63,413 bases of DNA, filler included, from Octopus bimaculoides (GCF_001194135.2; 6 parts of 6 records of this genome joined end to end with filler, not necessarily neighbours in it); one strand, 5' to 3'. Positions 24,875-38,217 are shown, numbered from the whole stretch's first letter. A program made the numbers and translations. The notes: generated by a model not told the origin, from the letters alone.

Positions 24875-24974
24875 NNNNNNNNNNNNNNNNNNNNNNNNNN
24901 NNNNNNNNNNNNNNNNNNTTAATTAATTAANNNNNNNNNNNNNNNNNNNNNNNNNNNNNNNNNNNNNNNNNNNN
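24875..24974. other. artificial 100-bp scaffold spacer
   Basis: 44 N + TTAATTAATTAA (24919-24930) + 44 N. Confidence 0.97.
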
Positions 24975-25023
<49 letters not shown>

Positions 25024-25329
25024 CATACATATACGATATATACATAAACACATACGTATATATGTAAATATATACATATAGACACACAGCTATATACATA
25101 CATGCATAAATACATATACATACATCTACACATGCGTACATACACACATACATGCATGCATACATACTTGCATACATACAATCATGTGTGTGTGAGAGAG
25201 AGGACTCATAAATGCAGGCTGATAGACAGAGAAGCAGATAGATAGATAGATAGATAGATAGATAGCCTGAAAGGGGTACGTGTAGGCGTTGATGGATAGG
25301 TACAGCGTAAGATAAGGTCTACATGATAG

Positions 25330-25680
25330 AATAGACAGTGTACATGTTAAATGGGTAAACAAATACAGTGTATAGATGTCGACTGTATAAGATGTCGACT
25401 GTATAAGATGTCGACTGCGTATACATATGCAGTGTGTAGATGTCAACTGCATAAACAGATACAATGTATAGTGTCAACTTTATAAGGAGATACAAAGTGT
25501 AGATGTCAAGTGTATAAAGAGATACAGTGTGTAGATATCGACTGTATATAGAGATACCTGTAGATGTCAACTCTGTAAGGAGACAGTATGTATATGTCAA
25601 GTACATAAAGAAATACAGTGTGTAGATGCCAAGTGTATAAAGCGATACAGCGTATAGATATTGACTAGAGATAGACACAG
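25330..25680. repeat. minisatellite with TGTAGATGTC(G/A)ACTGTATAA core (16-40-bp units)
   Basis: GATGTCGACTGTATAA occurs in tandem at ~25376-25420, with longer degenerate units after it. Related units lie at 26540-26720. Confidence 0.7.
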
Positions 25681-26109
25681 GGTAAATGCTGACTGTGAGC
25701 CCCAGGGCAGCCTTTGGCTTAAATTCTGTCCGAATGGGTTTTATTTAACACAATACATTATATGCTATTATTTATAGCTGTATCCAATTCAAGATTCACA
25801 CTAGATTTCCATAACATAAAAAGACTGTGTGGACGTTGACGAGAGGGATGGACGCAGTGTATTGGTGTTGATTGCACTGAGAGACGAAGTGTGTAGATGT
25901 GGACTTAAAAGATACATAGAATAAAGGTGGACTGGATAGATGAATAAAGGTGGACTGGATAGATGAACAAACTACGCAGGTTTTGACTGGAGAGACAGAT
26001 GAATATTGACAAGAGCGTGTAGACAATGTGTGCGCACACGCACACATTGTGTATAGATAGACATAGGGTGAACTGATAGCGTAGAGACGTAATTGGATAA
26101 ACATAGTCT

Positions 26110-26485
26110 ATCTTTCATCTTTTACTTGCTTCGGTCATTTAGACTGCGGCCATGCTGGGGCACGACCTTGAAGAATTTTTTTAGTCGAACGAATCGACTC
26201 CAGGATTTACTTTTCTATGCGTGGTACTTATTTTATCGTCTCTTTTTGCCGAACCGCTAAGTTACGGAGACGTAAACACACCAGCACCAGTTGACAAGAG
26301 GTGGGGGTCCGAGTGGGGGGGGGGAAACAAACACACACGCGATGAGCTTTCTTTTCACTTTCCGTCAACCGAATCCATTCACAAGGCTTTGGTCGGCTCG
26401 AGGCAATAGCAGCAGACAGTTGCCACGCAGTGGGACTGAACCCGGAACCATATGGTTAGGAAGCAAACTTCTTACAACACAGCCA
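26110..26485 (-). mobile_element. SINE family A copy lacking the internal microsatellite
   Basis: Reverse-complement tail, body and head are contiguous, with a deletion at the microsatellite site. Confidence 0.8.
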
Positions 26486-28147
26486 AGCCACAGCTTTGCC
26501 TCTGTGTGTAGTATGGATATGAGTGGAATGGATAGATAAACATAATGTGTAGATGCTGATCAGATAGACGGGCATAAGGTGTAGATTTTAGCTGCAGAGA
26601 TAATGTGTATATTCTGATACATAGACAAACACAACGAGCAAATATTGACTGAATAGATAGACCTAATATGTAGATGTTGACATGATAAATAGGTCCAGTG
26701 TGTAGATGTTGAATGGAAAGTCATGATATATAGCTGATGCTTATGTGGTCCAACATATATACATATCTGAAGGTAATGTGTGTGTTTTTCTTTCCATCTG
26801 TCGTCATATGTAGCTCCGTCGTCATACCTAGCTCAGTTTATGTTATTTATGGTTCATAAGCTTCAAACGACGCCATTCCATCAAAAGATCAGGTGAAGCT
26901 ATTACATTAATTTTACTCACTCCCCCGACTCTATCATCTCTCTCTCTCTCTCTATGTCACACATACACACAAGCACTATCTTCAACACGGCTTCTACCAC
27001 ACCGTCTCCAGCCTGGTAACTAGTTCATTTACATATTAGGAAAACTTCAAAAACGAATATGTTCCTTTGAGCATTTGCGGACCCAAACCTATTAAGACTG
27101 GAAGCTTCAAAATTCCATTTTCAAACACGGAGAAGCAAGATTAACCCTCGTCCACGTATTTTAAAAATCCTGATTATAATCCTTTTCAATATTGCATGCG
27201 AGAATAACTGAACACATCAATATAACATTTACAGTTGTGAGAACAGTGTTCAGATCTAAGAACAGTATAGTCAGTGGTATAATGATTCAGCGAACGATAT
27301 TAATACCGGATCAATAACTGGGTTTTCTCATATCTCCAAGATTCTACTAAACCAATCATAATACGCCGCCATAAAAAGCAATCGATCGGAAGGTGATATG
27401 AAATCAATTATAGTCGTAGCAATAAAATCTGCATAAAGGGAAAATCTGCACCAATTTGCAGACGACAGTGTCGCTCGGTGATTATTTGAAAAGAAAAGCA
27501 GACGATAGCGAGAATAAAGAAACAGTGAGTGACAGAAGCAGAGAAAATTGAAGAGAAAAAAAAAGAAAGAGAAAAAGAGAAAGAAAGAAAGAAAGAAAAA
27601 TACAAAGACCAGTATAGGGCAAGTCAGATAAAATTTTGTATTCGCTGGCAATTACTCCGTCAATAATGAGGTGAAATGTATAGTTTTTCCTTGTATCAAC
27701 AAGTCCCGCTCGTAAATGGCGCCTACAAAACGAATAAAACAGAGAGGCGTCCTTTCTGTGTTTAAACACCAGTGTCATGTAACAAGCTTAAGCCATTTAT
27801 CTATGATTGCTTCTAGTTTTTCTTGTTTTGTTTCGATTTGTTCTGTCGTGTCCACACACTCTCTGTCTCAAATCTCTATCTCAAATGGAAATAGCTTTTA
27901 AAAGTTTTCATCCTTTTTCTCATATACGTTTCCTCCTTTCCTGTCTTTCTCTTTACTTCTCTCTCTCCTTCTCTCTTTCCTTTTTACACACAAAGTTACA
28001 GCTGCCAAAACAGTAGTATAACGTGGACATTTAAGCCAATTTTCAAAATGAACAGTAATCAAATTATATATACGTTGACAATATCATTATATGAAGATAT
28101 ACTGAATGAACATTATATATATATATATACAATATATCAAATGTACA

Positions 28148-28205
<58 letters not shown>

Positions 28206-28789
28206 GNNNNNNNNNNNNNNNNNNNNNNNNNNNNNNNNNNNNNNNNNNNNNNNNNNNNNNNNNNNNNNNNNNNNNNNNNNNNNNNNNNNNNNNNNNNNNN
28301 NNNNNNNNNNNNNNNNNNNNNNNNNNNNNNNNNNNNNNNNNNNNNNNNNNNNNNNNNNNNNNNNNNNNNNNNNNNNNNNNNNNNNNNNNNNNNNNNNNNN
28401 NNNNNNNNNNNNNNNNNNNNNNNNNNNNNNNNNNNNNNNNNNNNNNNNNNNNNNNNNNNNNNNNNNNNNNNNNNNNNNNNNNNNNNNNNNNNNNNNNNNN
28501 NNNNNNNNNNNNNNNNNNNNNNNNNNNNNNNNNNNNNNNNNNNNNNNNNNNNNNNNNNNNNNNNNNNNNNNNNNNNNNNNNNNNNNNNNNNNNNNNNNNN
28601 NNNNNNNNNNNNNNNNNNNNNNNNNNNNNNNNNNNNNNNNNNNNNNNNNNNNNNNNNNNNNNNNNNNNNNNNNNNNNNNNNNNNNNNNNNNNNNNNNNNN
28701 NNNNNNNNNNNNNNNNNNNNNNNNNNNNNNNNNNNNATATATACATACATATATATACATATATATATATACATACATATATATACATA

Positions 28790-28827
<38 letters not shown>

Positions 28828-28887
28828 CATATATATATATACATACATATATATACATATATATATATACATACATATATATACATA

Positions 28888-28953
<66 letters not shown>

Positions 28954-29850
28954 CATTTTTATATATACATACATATATATATACATATAAAGATATATCA
29001 AATGTACATTATATACATAAGTATATATATATATATATAAAGTTATATCGAATGTACATCATACATATATACTTATATACACGCGTGTTTGACTGTGTGT
29101 GTGTGTGTGTGTGTATGTGTGTGTGTGTGTGTGTGTGCGGGGTTATAATATGTTTGAAATACTTGGATATCATGGCGTGTCGATATCATCCTTCTGGCAA
29201 GCAACACACGCTGTTCATATTGATAGCTTTGCCTAAATAAATAAATATGGTGGCTGAGGCTAAAAGTTAAAATGGCTGCCAGGAATATTAATTAGTTGAA
29301 AGGAAATATAATTACATTAAACCATGCGGAACGATAAAGACATATTTATTTGAAAAAAAAAATCGTGGGGAGGAGAATTGTATTTTACACACACACACAC
29401 ACTCAAGCGTAAATACATACACCTGTATATATATACGTGCATATACATACATACAGACATACATGCATATACATATTTACAAAAATAAATGCACACACAC
29501 ACACACACCAACACACACATATAGATAAGCATACATTTATGCACATACATATATACGCACGTTTCCTTCCGGTTATTTCTTACTACCAGCAAGGACGATA
29601 AAACCTCATCAGTGCTTCAATGTTGACGAATACAGCAGCAGACAGGTGAAGTATAAATATGCCACAGCGGCAAAACACGCGCACACACACACACACATAC
29701 ACACAGAATTGAGCCCATCCATATATAGGTAAACCCTATGTGATTTACAAGTACGCTTCCGGTTTCATGCCTTTAGCATGATACCGTACATAAAAGTTGT
29801 ACAGTGTATCCATGAGCCTAAGAATTTGGTTGGCAGAAATTGTGGATAAC

Positions 29851-30079
29851 AGCGAGTTGGCAGAAACGCTAGCACGCCGGGCGAAATGCTCAGCGATATT
29901 TCGTTTGCCGCTACGTTCCGAGTTCAAATTCCGCCGAGGTCGACTTTGCTTTTAATCTTTTCGGGGTCGATAAATTAAGTACCAGTTACGCACTGAGGGT
30001 CGATGTAATCGACTTAATCCCTTTGTCTGTCCTTGTTTGTCCCCTCTATGTTTAGCCCCTTGTAGTCAGTAAAGAAATA
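29851..30079 (+). mobile_element. SINE family B, full length with 16-bp TSD
   Basis: TSD AGAAATTGTGGATAAC at 29835-29850 and 30080-30095. Head GCGAGTTGGCAGAAACGCTAGCACGCC...GAGTTCAAATTCC. Confidence 0.9.
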
Positions 30080-31679
30080 AGAAATTGTGGATAACCCCGT
30101 TATACATAACATACATGATGGCTCGTAGACGAGTATGATCATCAAGGACAACTTATTTTATCCTAGATGTAGAAGATAATGGCTGTCAGCAATGCTCGAA
30201 CTGAAATTTAAAGTCAATAACAGTCAAAACAACACTGCTGAATCTCTTAACTACAATGCCAAGTAGTCCAGAAACAAACAAAAGCAGGATCTCAGCGTCA
30301 CAATGAGGCGGATGTTATTTCGGAATTTCCTTCTCCTAGATAAATGTCTAAACAAACACCAGAGGTCTCTCATGCTCAGTTTTTGGACGGCAGTTGACCC
30401 TGGTTCATCCGTTCTTGGAAAGGCTTTGTTTTTCATCCTGTGGAGTGTCCAACGATAACCACCCTCCTTACCAAGGTTGCCGGTTTAGTCGCCGACAGAC
30501 CGACCATGTTACAGGTTGTACTGTGTTACATGTGATCAGTAGCACTGAGGGTAACTAGACATGTACGTACGTACGTAAATACATAGCTTCAGTTTCTATA
30601 GCTAAATTATAAATTCACATTCATACCAGTGATATATAAAAGCAGCTCTGGTTTTGGTACAAGGCTCTCAATTTTTCATGGGAGGAGTTTGTCGATTACA
30701 TCGACCTCAGTGCCCAACTGGTTCTCATTTTATCCCTCCGCTCCGAAAGGGATGCAAAGCAAAATCGATCTCGGAACTATGAATGCAAAACCGGGAGAAA
30801 TGCCCGTAAGCATTTCATCCGAAATGCTGACGATTTTACCAGCTCACCGTTTTAAAGAAAGACAAAATTAACCTGAATGGAATTCGAACCCAGAGCACTG
30901 GGCGTTGGAACTGAGTATCTTATTTGATGCTCTGCCAGTTCACCACCTGTCTAATCAAATAATTCTTTCTGCTACAGGCACAAGGCTTGAAATTTTAAGG
31001 GAGGGGCTGATTCGATTACATCGACCCCCCAACCCTGAAAGGATGTCTAATCAAATAATGCATCACGAACTGCATAATCGAACACGTTCTTCCTTTTTGA
31101 AAGCGGTGAGGTGTGATTTAAGGGAGATATCGATTGCTATTTTTAGCAGATTCTAACGTACAGGCTGCCTCGTTGGCTCGAAACATTAACGATTTTGTTG
31201 TTTTTTGAATACATTATTAATGCGAGTTTATCATTGAATATAATAATACAAATTATGTTATATTCATAGAGATGTTTTAATAACGTGTTCATTTAGTCTT
31301 CAGTCAAGGTGCACTTAGTTCACATAATGTATGTTATATGTTTGTTTGTTCTTACTCAGAGTCTGTCGTATTAACTGCGTCGAATATATTTCCCCATTGT
31401 TCTCAAGTTTGATCCAATAAATAATTTGTATAACCGATATCGATTACTCTTTGTTTTATTCCTATTAATTGCATTTTGTATTGCTTCTTTCTGTGCATGC
31501 AAATCTAAAGGCTCTTTTCTGAATAGTTATTCTACGGCTGACGTTTAATATCTGTTTGACTAATTCACAATCTCCGTGCATTCATAAACCTTTATTGGTG
31601 TCATGAGTCTCAGAAACCGGGTTGTTCTAGTGTTTAGTGAGCAGACGTGCAATGATAAAACGTGAATTAAATATATTTT

Positions 31680-32110
31680 CTCTTTTTATCTTTTACTTGT
31701 TTCCGCCATTAGACTGCGGCCATGCTGGGGCACTGCTTTCAAAAATTTTTAGTCGAACAAGTCGACCTCACTACTTATTTTAAAGCCTGGTACTTATGTA
31801 CTTATTCTATCGGTTATTTTTACCGAACTACTAAGTTACGGGGACATAAACAAACTATTAACTTTGTGGTTCGATAAATGATCGAGAGAATAAGTACCAG
31901 CCTTTTTTTTTAAATGAACACTGGGGTGATTTTGACCGATTAAACCCGTGAAAGCGAAGCTGCAACATGGCCGCACAGCCGTGCAGGCGTGGCCGCGTGG
32001 TAAAAATCTTGCTTTGGGTTCAGTTTCAGAGCATGGCATCTTGGGCAAATGTCTTTTATCATAGCCTCGGGCCGATCAAAGCGGAAACTGAAAGAAGCCC
32101 GTCGTGTGTG
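31680..32110. mobile_element. cluster of SINE fragments (family A tail on minus, family A-like head on plus)
   Basis: GACTGCGGCCATGCTGG tail reverse complement at ~31710. GGCCGCGTGGTAA...GAAAGAAGCCCGTCG head at ~31990-32104. Confidence 0.7.
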
Positions 32111-32559
32111 TATGTATATANNNNNNNNNNNNNNNNNNNNNNNNNNNNNNNNNNNNNNNNNNNNNNNNNNNNNNNNNNNNNNNNNNNNNNNNNNNNNNNN
32201 NNNNNNNNNNNNNNNNNNNNNNNNNNNNNNNNNNNNNNNATATATATATATATAATTAGGATAAAATCATTATTTAATGATTTATCAGTGGCCAGCATAC
32301 TAAAAATACCATAGTGGTTAATTTATATTAAAACTATAATAAGGGTGTTGAATGATTGCAACACAAGGCTACTAGAAATATACTGTGTGTAGTGGATTAA
32401 TAATCTAAGTGGTTCATAGATCATTTGGGGTCTATTTCTAATAGACTGGTGTTGTAATCATTCAACATCCTTATCATAATTTATATTTCTCTGGAATTGG
32501 TGAAAGTGATACAGACATCGCTCAAGAGACCGCAGTAATGATCGAAAAATCGATGAAGG

Positions 32560-32750
32560 CTTTTATTGATTTGACTGCGACCATGCCTTGAAGGGTTTTA
32601 GCCGAACAAATCGATCCCAGGGCTTATTTCGTAAGCCTGGTACCTATTCTATCGTTTTTTTTGCCGAACCGCTAAGTTACGAGGACGTAAACACACCAAC
32701 ATCGGTTGTCAGGCGAGGTGGGTGACAAGCAAACACACACACACACATCT
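32560..32750 (-). mobile_element. SINE family A, 3' half
   Basis: TTTGCCGAACCGCTAAGTTACG.GGACGTAAACACACC...ATCGGTTGTCA reverse-complement body. Confidence 0.75.
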
Positions 32751-33399
32751 TTAAATGGAAATTACAGCATTGTACATATCATGAGCACAACAATAAGCTA
32801 TCCTTAATTGACTATCATACTGATTTTGACCCGTCCAAATAAATCAATTGTGGTAATATCGCTATGCAAGCAAAAACAGAAGTGTTGATGTAACAGCTGC
32901 ACCGTTGTAACAGGTGATGTACCCGAGATTGTGTTGGTGACGTATAGATGACATGTGGAGAGCATGTAATGATGTATGACATATTTAAAGAATACCACAT
33001 AACCAGCTTCAAACTTCACATACACATACGGTTCGTCCACCACCACTAGCAACCACCACACAGGTTCTTCCACCCACCTGTAAGCTAACTCCCTTTTCTA
33101 AACAACCGTTACTTCACTCCACCGCCGTCACTTAATGTTAAAGTATGATCACATAAATATTATTTACTCGAAAAGTCTTCGATTAAGTTTGAGAAAGGTA
33201 AGTTGGAAACATTTGCATACATATATACATAGTACAAATATGCATGCGTACATACATACATACATACCTACATACATATATACATGCATACATACTTACA
33301 GACTACGTAGTACGTACCAACCCACTACTGCACCTTTCATGTCACCAACCCCTTCACATGCCTCTCCAACAATTTAATTTATTGCGTCCTCTGCTCTTT

Positions 33400-33640
33400 T
33401 TGCCTCTCTTCTTACATAAGACAAACTGGTCGGATTTGGCTGACCGTTTTACAGTGCGCTTATGGGATATAAGACGGGGTTTCTCGCCATTTCCCTTTAG
33501 CTGGTCATTCCATTTAACATCTGTTTATGTTCAGACTAGCCTTTTAAAGTCCCTCCCGGACTCCCATCTCCGTCGGAATTAATTTTTCTCCCTAGTATTC
33601 GGTACCCAACGTTAAAATTCCCAACCCTTTTTATTAACTT
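33400..33640 (+). mobile_element. Penelope-like GIY-YIG 3' fragment
   Basis: (Q)TGR..LADRFTVRLWDIRRG resembles GIY-YIG ETGRRLADRFxEHLxDIR. A downstream RR..FFSLVFGT resembles the PLE terminal motif. Confidence 0.4.
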
Positions 33641-34104
33641 TCACCCTTTTTTTCCACTCCTCACGCACTTACAGCCACCACCCGCAACATAAATTCCCAT
33701 AGACCTCACTTTCAAATCCTTCTACACCTATCAAAAGAAACCTAATGCCAACACGTTTAAACAGGGTACACATAAAATTTCTGCCCCACATACACTTACA
33801 CGCACCTATTATCTACTTGACATACGCTTGCACATTCATATAAGTTACAATCCCACAAGTTGCTCATATGAACACATATAGTACTAAGAAAATATAAACA
33901 CATCTACAGCTACCAACCTCGTCATACACTTATGTCACCTCTTTTCACATGAACACTTTTGTCCAGTATATACACTCACTACAGCTTCACACACATACAA
34001 AAAAGTATGTACACACCCATGCACGCACACAACAGTCTCTTAGGAGGAGCAGTCCGTCGGTTACGAAGAAACAGAACAATGAAAGAACTATATCCTGCAA
34101 TCAG

Positions 34105-34275
34105 GGCAACGCGCTGGCAGAATCGTTAGCACACCGGGCGAAATGCTTAGCGGTATTCGTCTGCTGTGACGTTCTGAGTTCAAATTCCGCCGAGGTCGAC
34201 TTTGCCTTTCATCCGTTCGGGGTCGATTAAATAAGTACCAGTTACGCACTGGTACTTATTTAATCGACCCCAGCG
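34105..34275 (+). mobile_element. SINE family B, 5' part
   Basis: GCTGGCAGAATCGTTAGCAC.CCGGGCGAAATGCTTAGCGGTATT...GAGTTCAAATTCCGCCGAGGTCGAC. Confidence 0.8.
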
Positions 34276-34409
34276 TGACTTCATAGCGAAATCCATACCT
34301 GGATAAAATTACATTCACGCATCCATCGCAAACAGATGCAGCCCTTTTGGTCTTTTCTTTTTAAAATTCGTTTTCCCGTCTTCTCAATTTTTCTTTTCTT
34401 TTTTTTTTT

Positions 34410-34910
34410 TTGTGCTGCGGTGCTCTTATTCTCAATGTATTGAGAGTGCTTTACGTAGAACGTGTGCGGTGCCTAGTAGTGCTATATTCTGTTATATGCA
34501 TTCGCAAGTCCTGGAGTTTGGGTTATGTATTTCAATCATGCTTAATACCCCATTTACTTTAGGAATTGTTCGTTTTCAGATTACATTCGGGTTTCCTCTT
34601 TTTCTAAATCTTTGCATTTTGAGACTTCCTCCGTTTCTTTTAGAGGAAGTCATCTATTGGTATTGATACATCGATTAGAAGGTATTTTTTTCTTTGTGAT
34701 ATCTGACAACTATATCCGGTCTATTAGCCTTGATTTCTCTATTTGTGTGTATCGGCATATCCCAGAGTATGGTTGCTTTGTCATTTTCTGAGATCTTTTT
34801 TGGGGTGTGCCTATACCATCTTTTTGCTGTTGTCTTTCCAAATTGTTGGCTTAGTTTCGAGTGTATACAGGCCCCAACTCTGTTATGTCTGTGGATATAT
34901 TCTTTCTTAT
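34410..34910 (-). mobile_element. R4/Dong-like element 3' end (restriction-like endonuclease domain)
   Basis: Minus strand KEYIHRHNRVGACIH...KRWYRHTP..ISENDKATILWDMPIHTNREIKANRPDIVVR...YLLIDVSIP (RHN motif and PD..D catalytic motif). The 3' UTR matches 37815-37850. Confidence 0.8.
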
Positions 34911-35619
34911 TATTATTATATACTTACATATTAATTAAGGATTTGAACGCGATGACACGTCGAACCCGATGACCTCGATCACTCCGGTGACCTGACGATC
35001 CGGTCCGATTCGATATATCGCAGCCTTGGTGAAATAATACACCGCCATTAATATTCGACCAATAAATATCACTAGACTGTATGTCTGCAGACATATATTT
35101 CATCTTGTTTCTATCTCTCGTAGACGCTTATCAACGATCATGTTTACAAATGCGCATATCAACCGATCAATTAATGAGTATATGAATAAATCAAGATAAT
35201 TAATTTTAGTATTTATCGCGTGAACGTAATTAAAAGTTTTATAGAAATGGCCGCCATGACCGCAAACACGTGGAAAGGTTAAAGAATCGTCGTTTATGAT
35301 TTCTGCGAATGGAAATTATTGTTTCAGCAAATGGACGGAGGCGGAACTATAGATGTTGCTACAGCTGTAACATACATACATACATACATACATTATATAT
35401 TACATACATACATAACATACATACGTACATACATACATATTACATACGTACATACATACATATTACATACGTACATACATATTACATACGTACATACATA
35501 CATACATATTACATACGTACATACATACATACAGCTGTAATGTACATATATACTTAACAAGGCGGTGTAGCAGAGATGGTCGTGTCTCGGGTTGTATACC
35601 TAATAGCATTTCATTTTAG

Positions 35620-35830
35620 GGCGGCGAGCCGGCAGAATTGTTAGCACGCCGGTCAAAATGCTTAGAGGCATTGCACTTGTTTTTACGTCCTCAGTTCAAA
35701 GTCCGCCGAGGTGGATTTTGTCATTCATCCTTTCGGGGTCGATAAAATAAGCACTAGCTGAGAATAGGGTATGTAATCGATTTAGCTCCTTCCCCGAAAT
35801 TTCTTACCTTCTGCCAAAATTTGAAACTAA
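35620..35830 (+). mobile_element. SINE family B copy
   Basis: GGCGGCGAGCCGGCAGAATTGTTAGCACGCCGG head through the TGCCAAAATTTGAAAC tail. Confidence 0.8.
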
Positions 35831-36119
35831 TATACATACATACATACATACATACACGCACACAGTGTGTGTATACACACACATGCTTACATACACGCAC
35901 ACAGTGTGTGTATACACACACATGCTTACATACATTTTACCTTTTACTTGTTTCAATCATTGGACTACGGTCATGCTGAGGAATCGCCTTGAATCGCTTG
36001 AGTTTAGTTGAACACATCGAGCCCATTACTTAATTATTTAAGCCTGACACTTATTGTATTAGTCTTTTATGCCGAACCGCTAGTTATGGAACTAAAAACA
36101 AACCAAAAGCCTTTGACTA

Positions 36120-36560
36120 TGTATGTTGGCAGGCTTTGGATTCCTGATCAAATACTAAATGTCATAGTGTCCCTTCATAAGAATATGAAGGTATTTGTTC
36201 TGTTAAATGGGAGTTAGTCTCAGTCTTTTGATGTTAAAAATGGTAAAAACAAGGTTGTGTTTTGATTCCAGTTTTATTTGTACTATTTCTTGCAGTAATG
36301 TTGGATCATACCTTTTTCTCATGTGGAAGACGGGGGTGTTTCTTGAATATAGACAAAGGGTTGCCTCTTCAACCAACAGCGTGTCATAAGCAAGGACTAA
36401 AGTTGCATTTCAGACAATAAGAGACTTACCGTTTGCAGATCATTGCCTCGCTCGTTGCTCAAACATTCGAGGATATCCAACACATCATTGATAGATTTGC
36501 AGCAGCAGCCAGATTTTTTGGCTTAACTATCAAAATAATGAAGATTCAACTGTTGTGACA
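36120..36560 (+). mobile_element. RTE-clade LINE reverse transcriptase fragment
   Basis: LWIPDQILNVIVSLHKNMKVFVLLNG..KNG.KQGCV.. then ARTKVAFQTIRDLPFADHC / EDIQHIIDRFAAAARFFGLTIKI. These match the RTE RT domains GVKQGCVL and LLFADDC, with frameshifts. Confidence 0.8.
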
Positions 36561-36655
36561 TTCCAGAAATCTTACCCAGCGTGTTTGGTGAAGGCAAAGC
36601 TCTGAAAACAGTTATATATATATATGCGCATATATATAGACATATAAATATATAT

Positions 36656-36819
36656 AGGAGTGGCTGTGTGGTAAGTAGCTTGCTTAGTTACCAACCACAT
36701 AGTTCCGAGTTCAGTCCCACTGCGTGGCATCTGGGGCAAGTGTCTTCTACTATAGTCTCGGGCCGACCAAAGCCTTGTGAGTGGATTTGGTAGACGGAAA
36801 CTGAAAGAAGCCCGTCGTA

Positions 36820-36860
<41 letters not shown>

Positions 36861-37175
36861 NNNNNNNNNNNNNNNNNNNNNNNNNNNNNNNNNNNNNNNN
36901 NNNNNNNNNNNNNNNNNNNNNNNNNNNNNNNNNNNNNNNNNNNNNNNNNNNNNNNNNNNNNNNNNNNNNNNNNNNNNNNNNNNNCCCTAGCATTGCTTGA
37001 CAACCGATGCTGGTGTGCTCATGTCCCCGTCACTTAGCGATTCGGCAAAAGAGACCGATAGAATAAGTACTAGGCCTACAAAGAATAAGTCCCGGGGTCG
37101 ATTTGCTCGACTAAAGGCGGTGCTCCAGCATGGCCACAGTCAAATGACAAACAAGTAAAAGAGAGTAAAAAAAGA
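36656..37175 (+). mobile_element. SINE family A, full length across a gap
   Basis: Head 36656-36817, (TA)n plus N gap, tail to GTAAAAGAGAG. Confidence 0.85.
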
Positions 37176-37208
37176 GTAATACACATATATATATACACAC
37201 GCACACAC

Positions 37209-37242
<34 letters not shown>

Positions 37243-37524
37243 GGATAGATAGAAAGATAGATAGATAGATTCACAAAACCAAAGAGTCGAAATCACGTGA
37301 TCTGGTGGTCTCGGCGCTGGAGGTGGTAGGAATTTATCTCCCCGCCAGCAAGACAAACATGAGTGTGTTTTTCCCCAAATGCCAAAATGAGAGCTTCTCT
37401 CATGGTATCTACCGCAGTATAGTTTGTTCTAACAGAACATCCACGTTTAAGTGGGGATAAATACGCACACACACACACACACATACATACATTATATACG
37501 TATATAAATATAATTTTTAAAAAA

Positions 37525-37624
37525 NNNNNNNNNNNNNNNNNNNNNNNNNNNNNNNNNNNNNNNNNNNNTTAATTAATTAANNNNNNNNNNNNNNNNNNNN
37601 NNNNNNNNNNNNNNNNNNNNNNNN
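37525..37624. other. artificial 100-bp scaffold spacer
   Basis: 44 N + TTAATTAATTAA (37569-37580) + 44 N. Confidence 0.97.
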
Positions 37625-37913
37625 ATAGAGATAACTCGAATGTGGAATCTAAAAACAGAAACAATTCCTATCATAGTAGGTGCCTTAGGTATAATAAAAA
37701 AATATTCAGACAAATACATAACAAAAACACCAGGACTTACAAATATATATAACATACAGAAAATTGCACGACTGGGTACTGCACACATTCTACGCAAAAC
37801 ACTTTCAATACAGTAAACATAAGAGCACCACAGCAAACCACAGCACATACCCAAGGCGCACAGAGCTGCGCTCGGTAGTGAAGTGAAAGCACGTTATAAA
37901 AATAAAACTACTG
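37625..37913 (+). mobile_element. R4/Dong-like element extreme 3' end with 3' UTR
   Basis: IEITRMWNLKTETIPIIVGALGIIKK...IQKIARLGTAHILRKTLSIQ* followed by a UTR and (AAT)n at 37914-37928. Confidence 0.85.
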
Positions 37914-37945
37914 AATAATAATAATAATGATGATGATGATGATAA

Positions 37946-38147
37946 TGGTTTCAAATTTTGCCACAAGGGCAACAGCCTTGGGGAAAGGGACAAGTCGATT
38001 ACATCGACACCAGTGTGTAACTGGTACTTAATTTATCGACCCCGAAAGAGTGAAAGGTAAAATCGACCTCAGAGGAATTTGAATTCAGAGGAAATACCAC
38101 TAAGTATTTCGCCTAGCGTGCTAACGATTCTACCAGCTCACCGTCTT
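37946..38147 (-). mobile_element. SINE family B flanked by AAT/GAT microsatellites
   Basis: Reverse complement of the family B tail (GGTTTCAAATTTTGCCACAAGG), body and head. Confidence 0.8.
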
Positions 38148-38172
38148 AATAATAATAATAATGATAATAATG

Positions 38173-38217
<45 letters not shown>

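Noticed and set aside
34960-35300. CpG-containing stretch with homeobox-like (TAATTA, CCAATAAA) and GCCGCCAT motifs as a promoter or enhancer
   Set aside because: Such short motifs are expected by chance, and no linked gene or conservation evidence is available.
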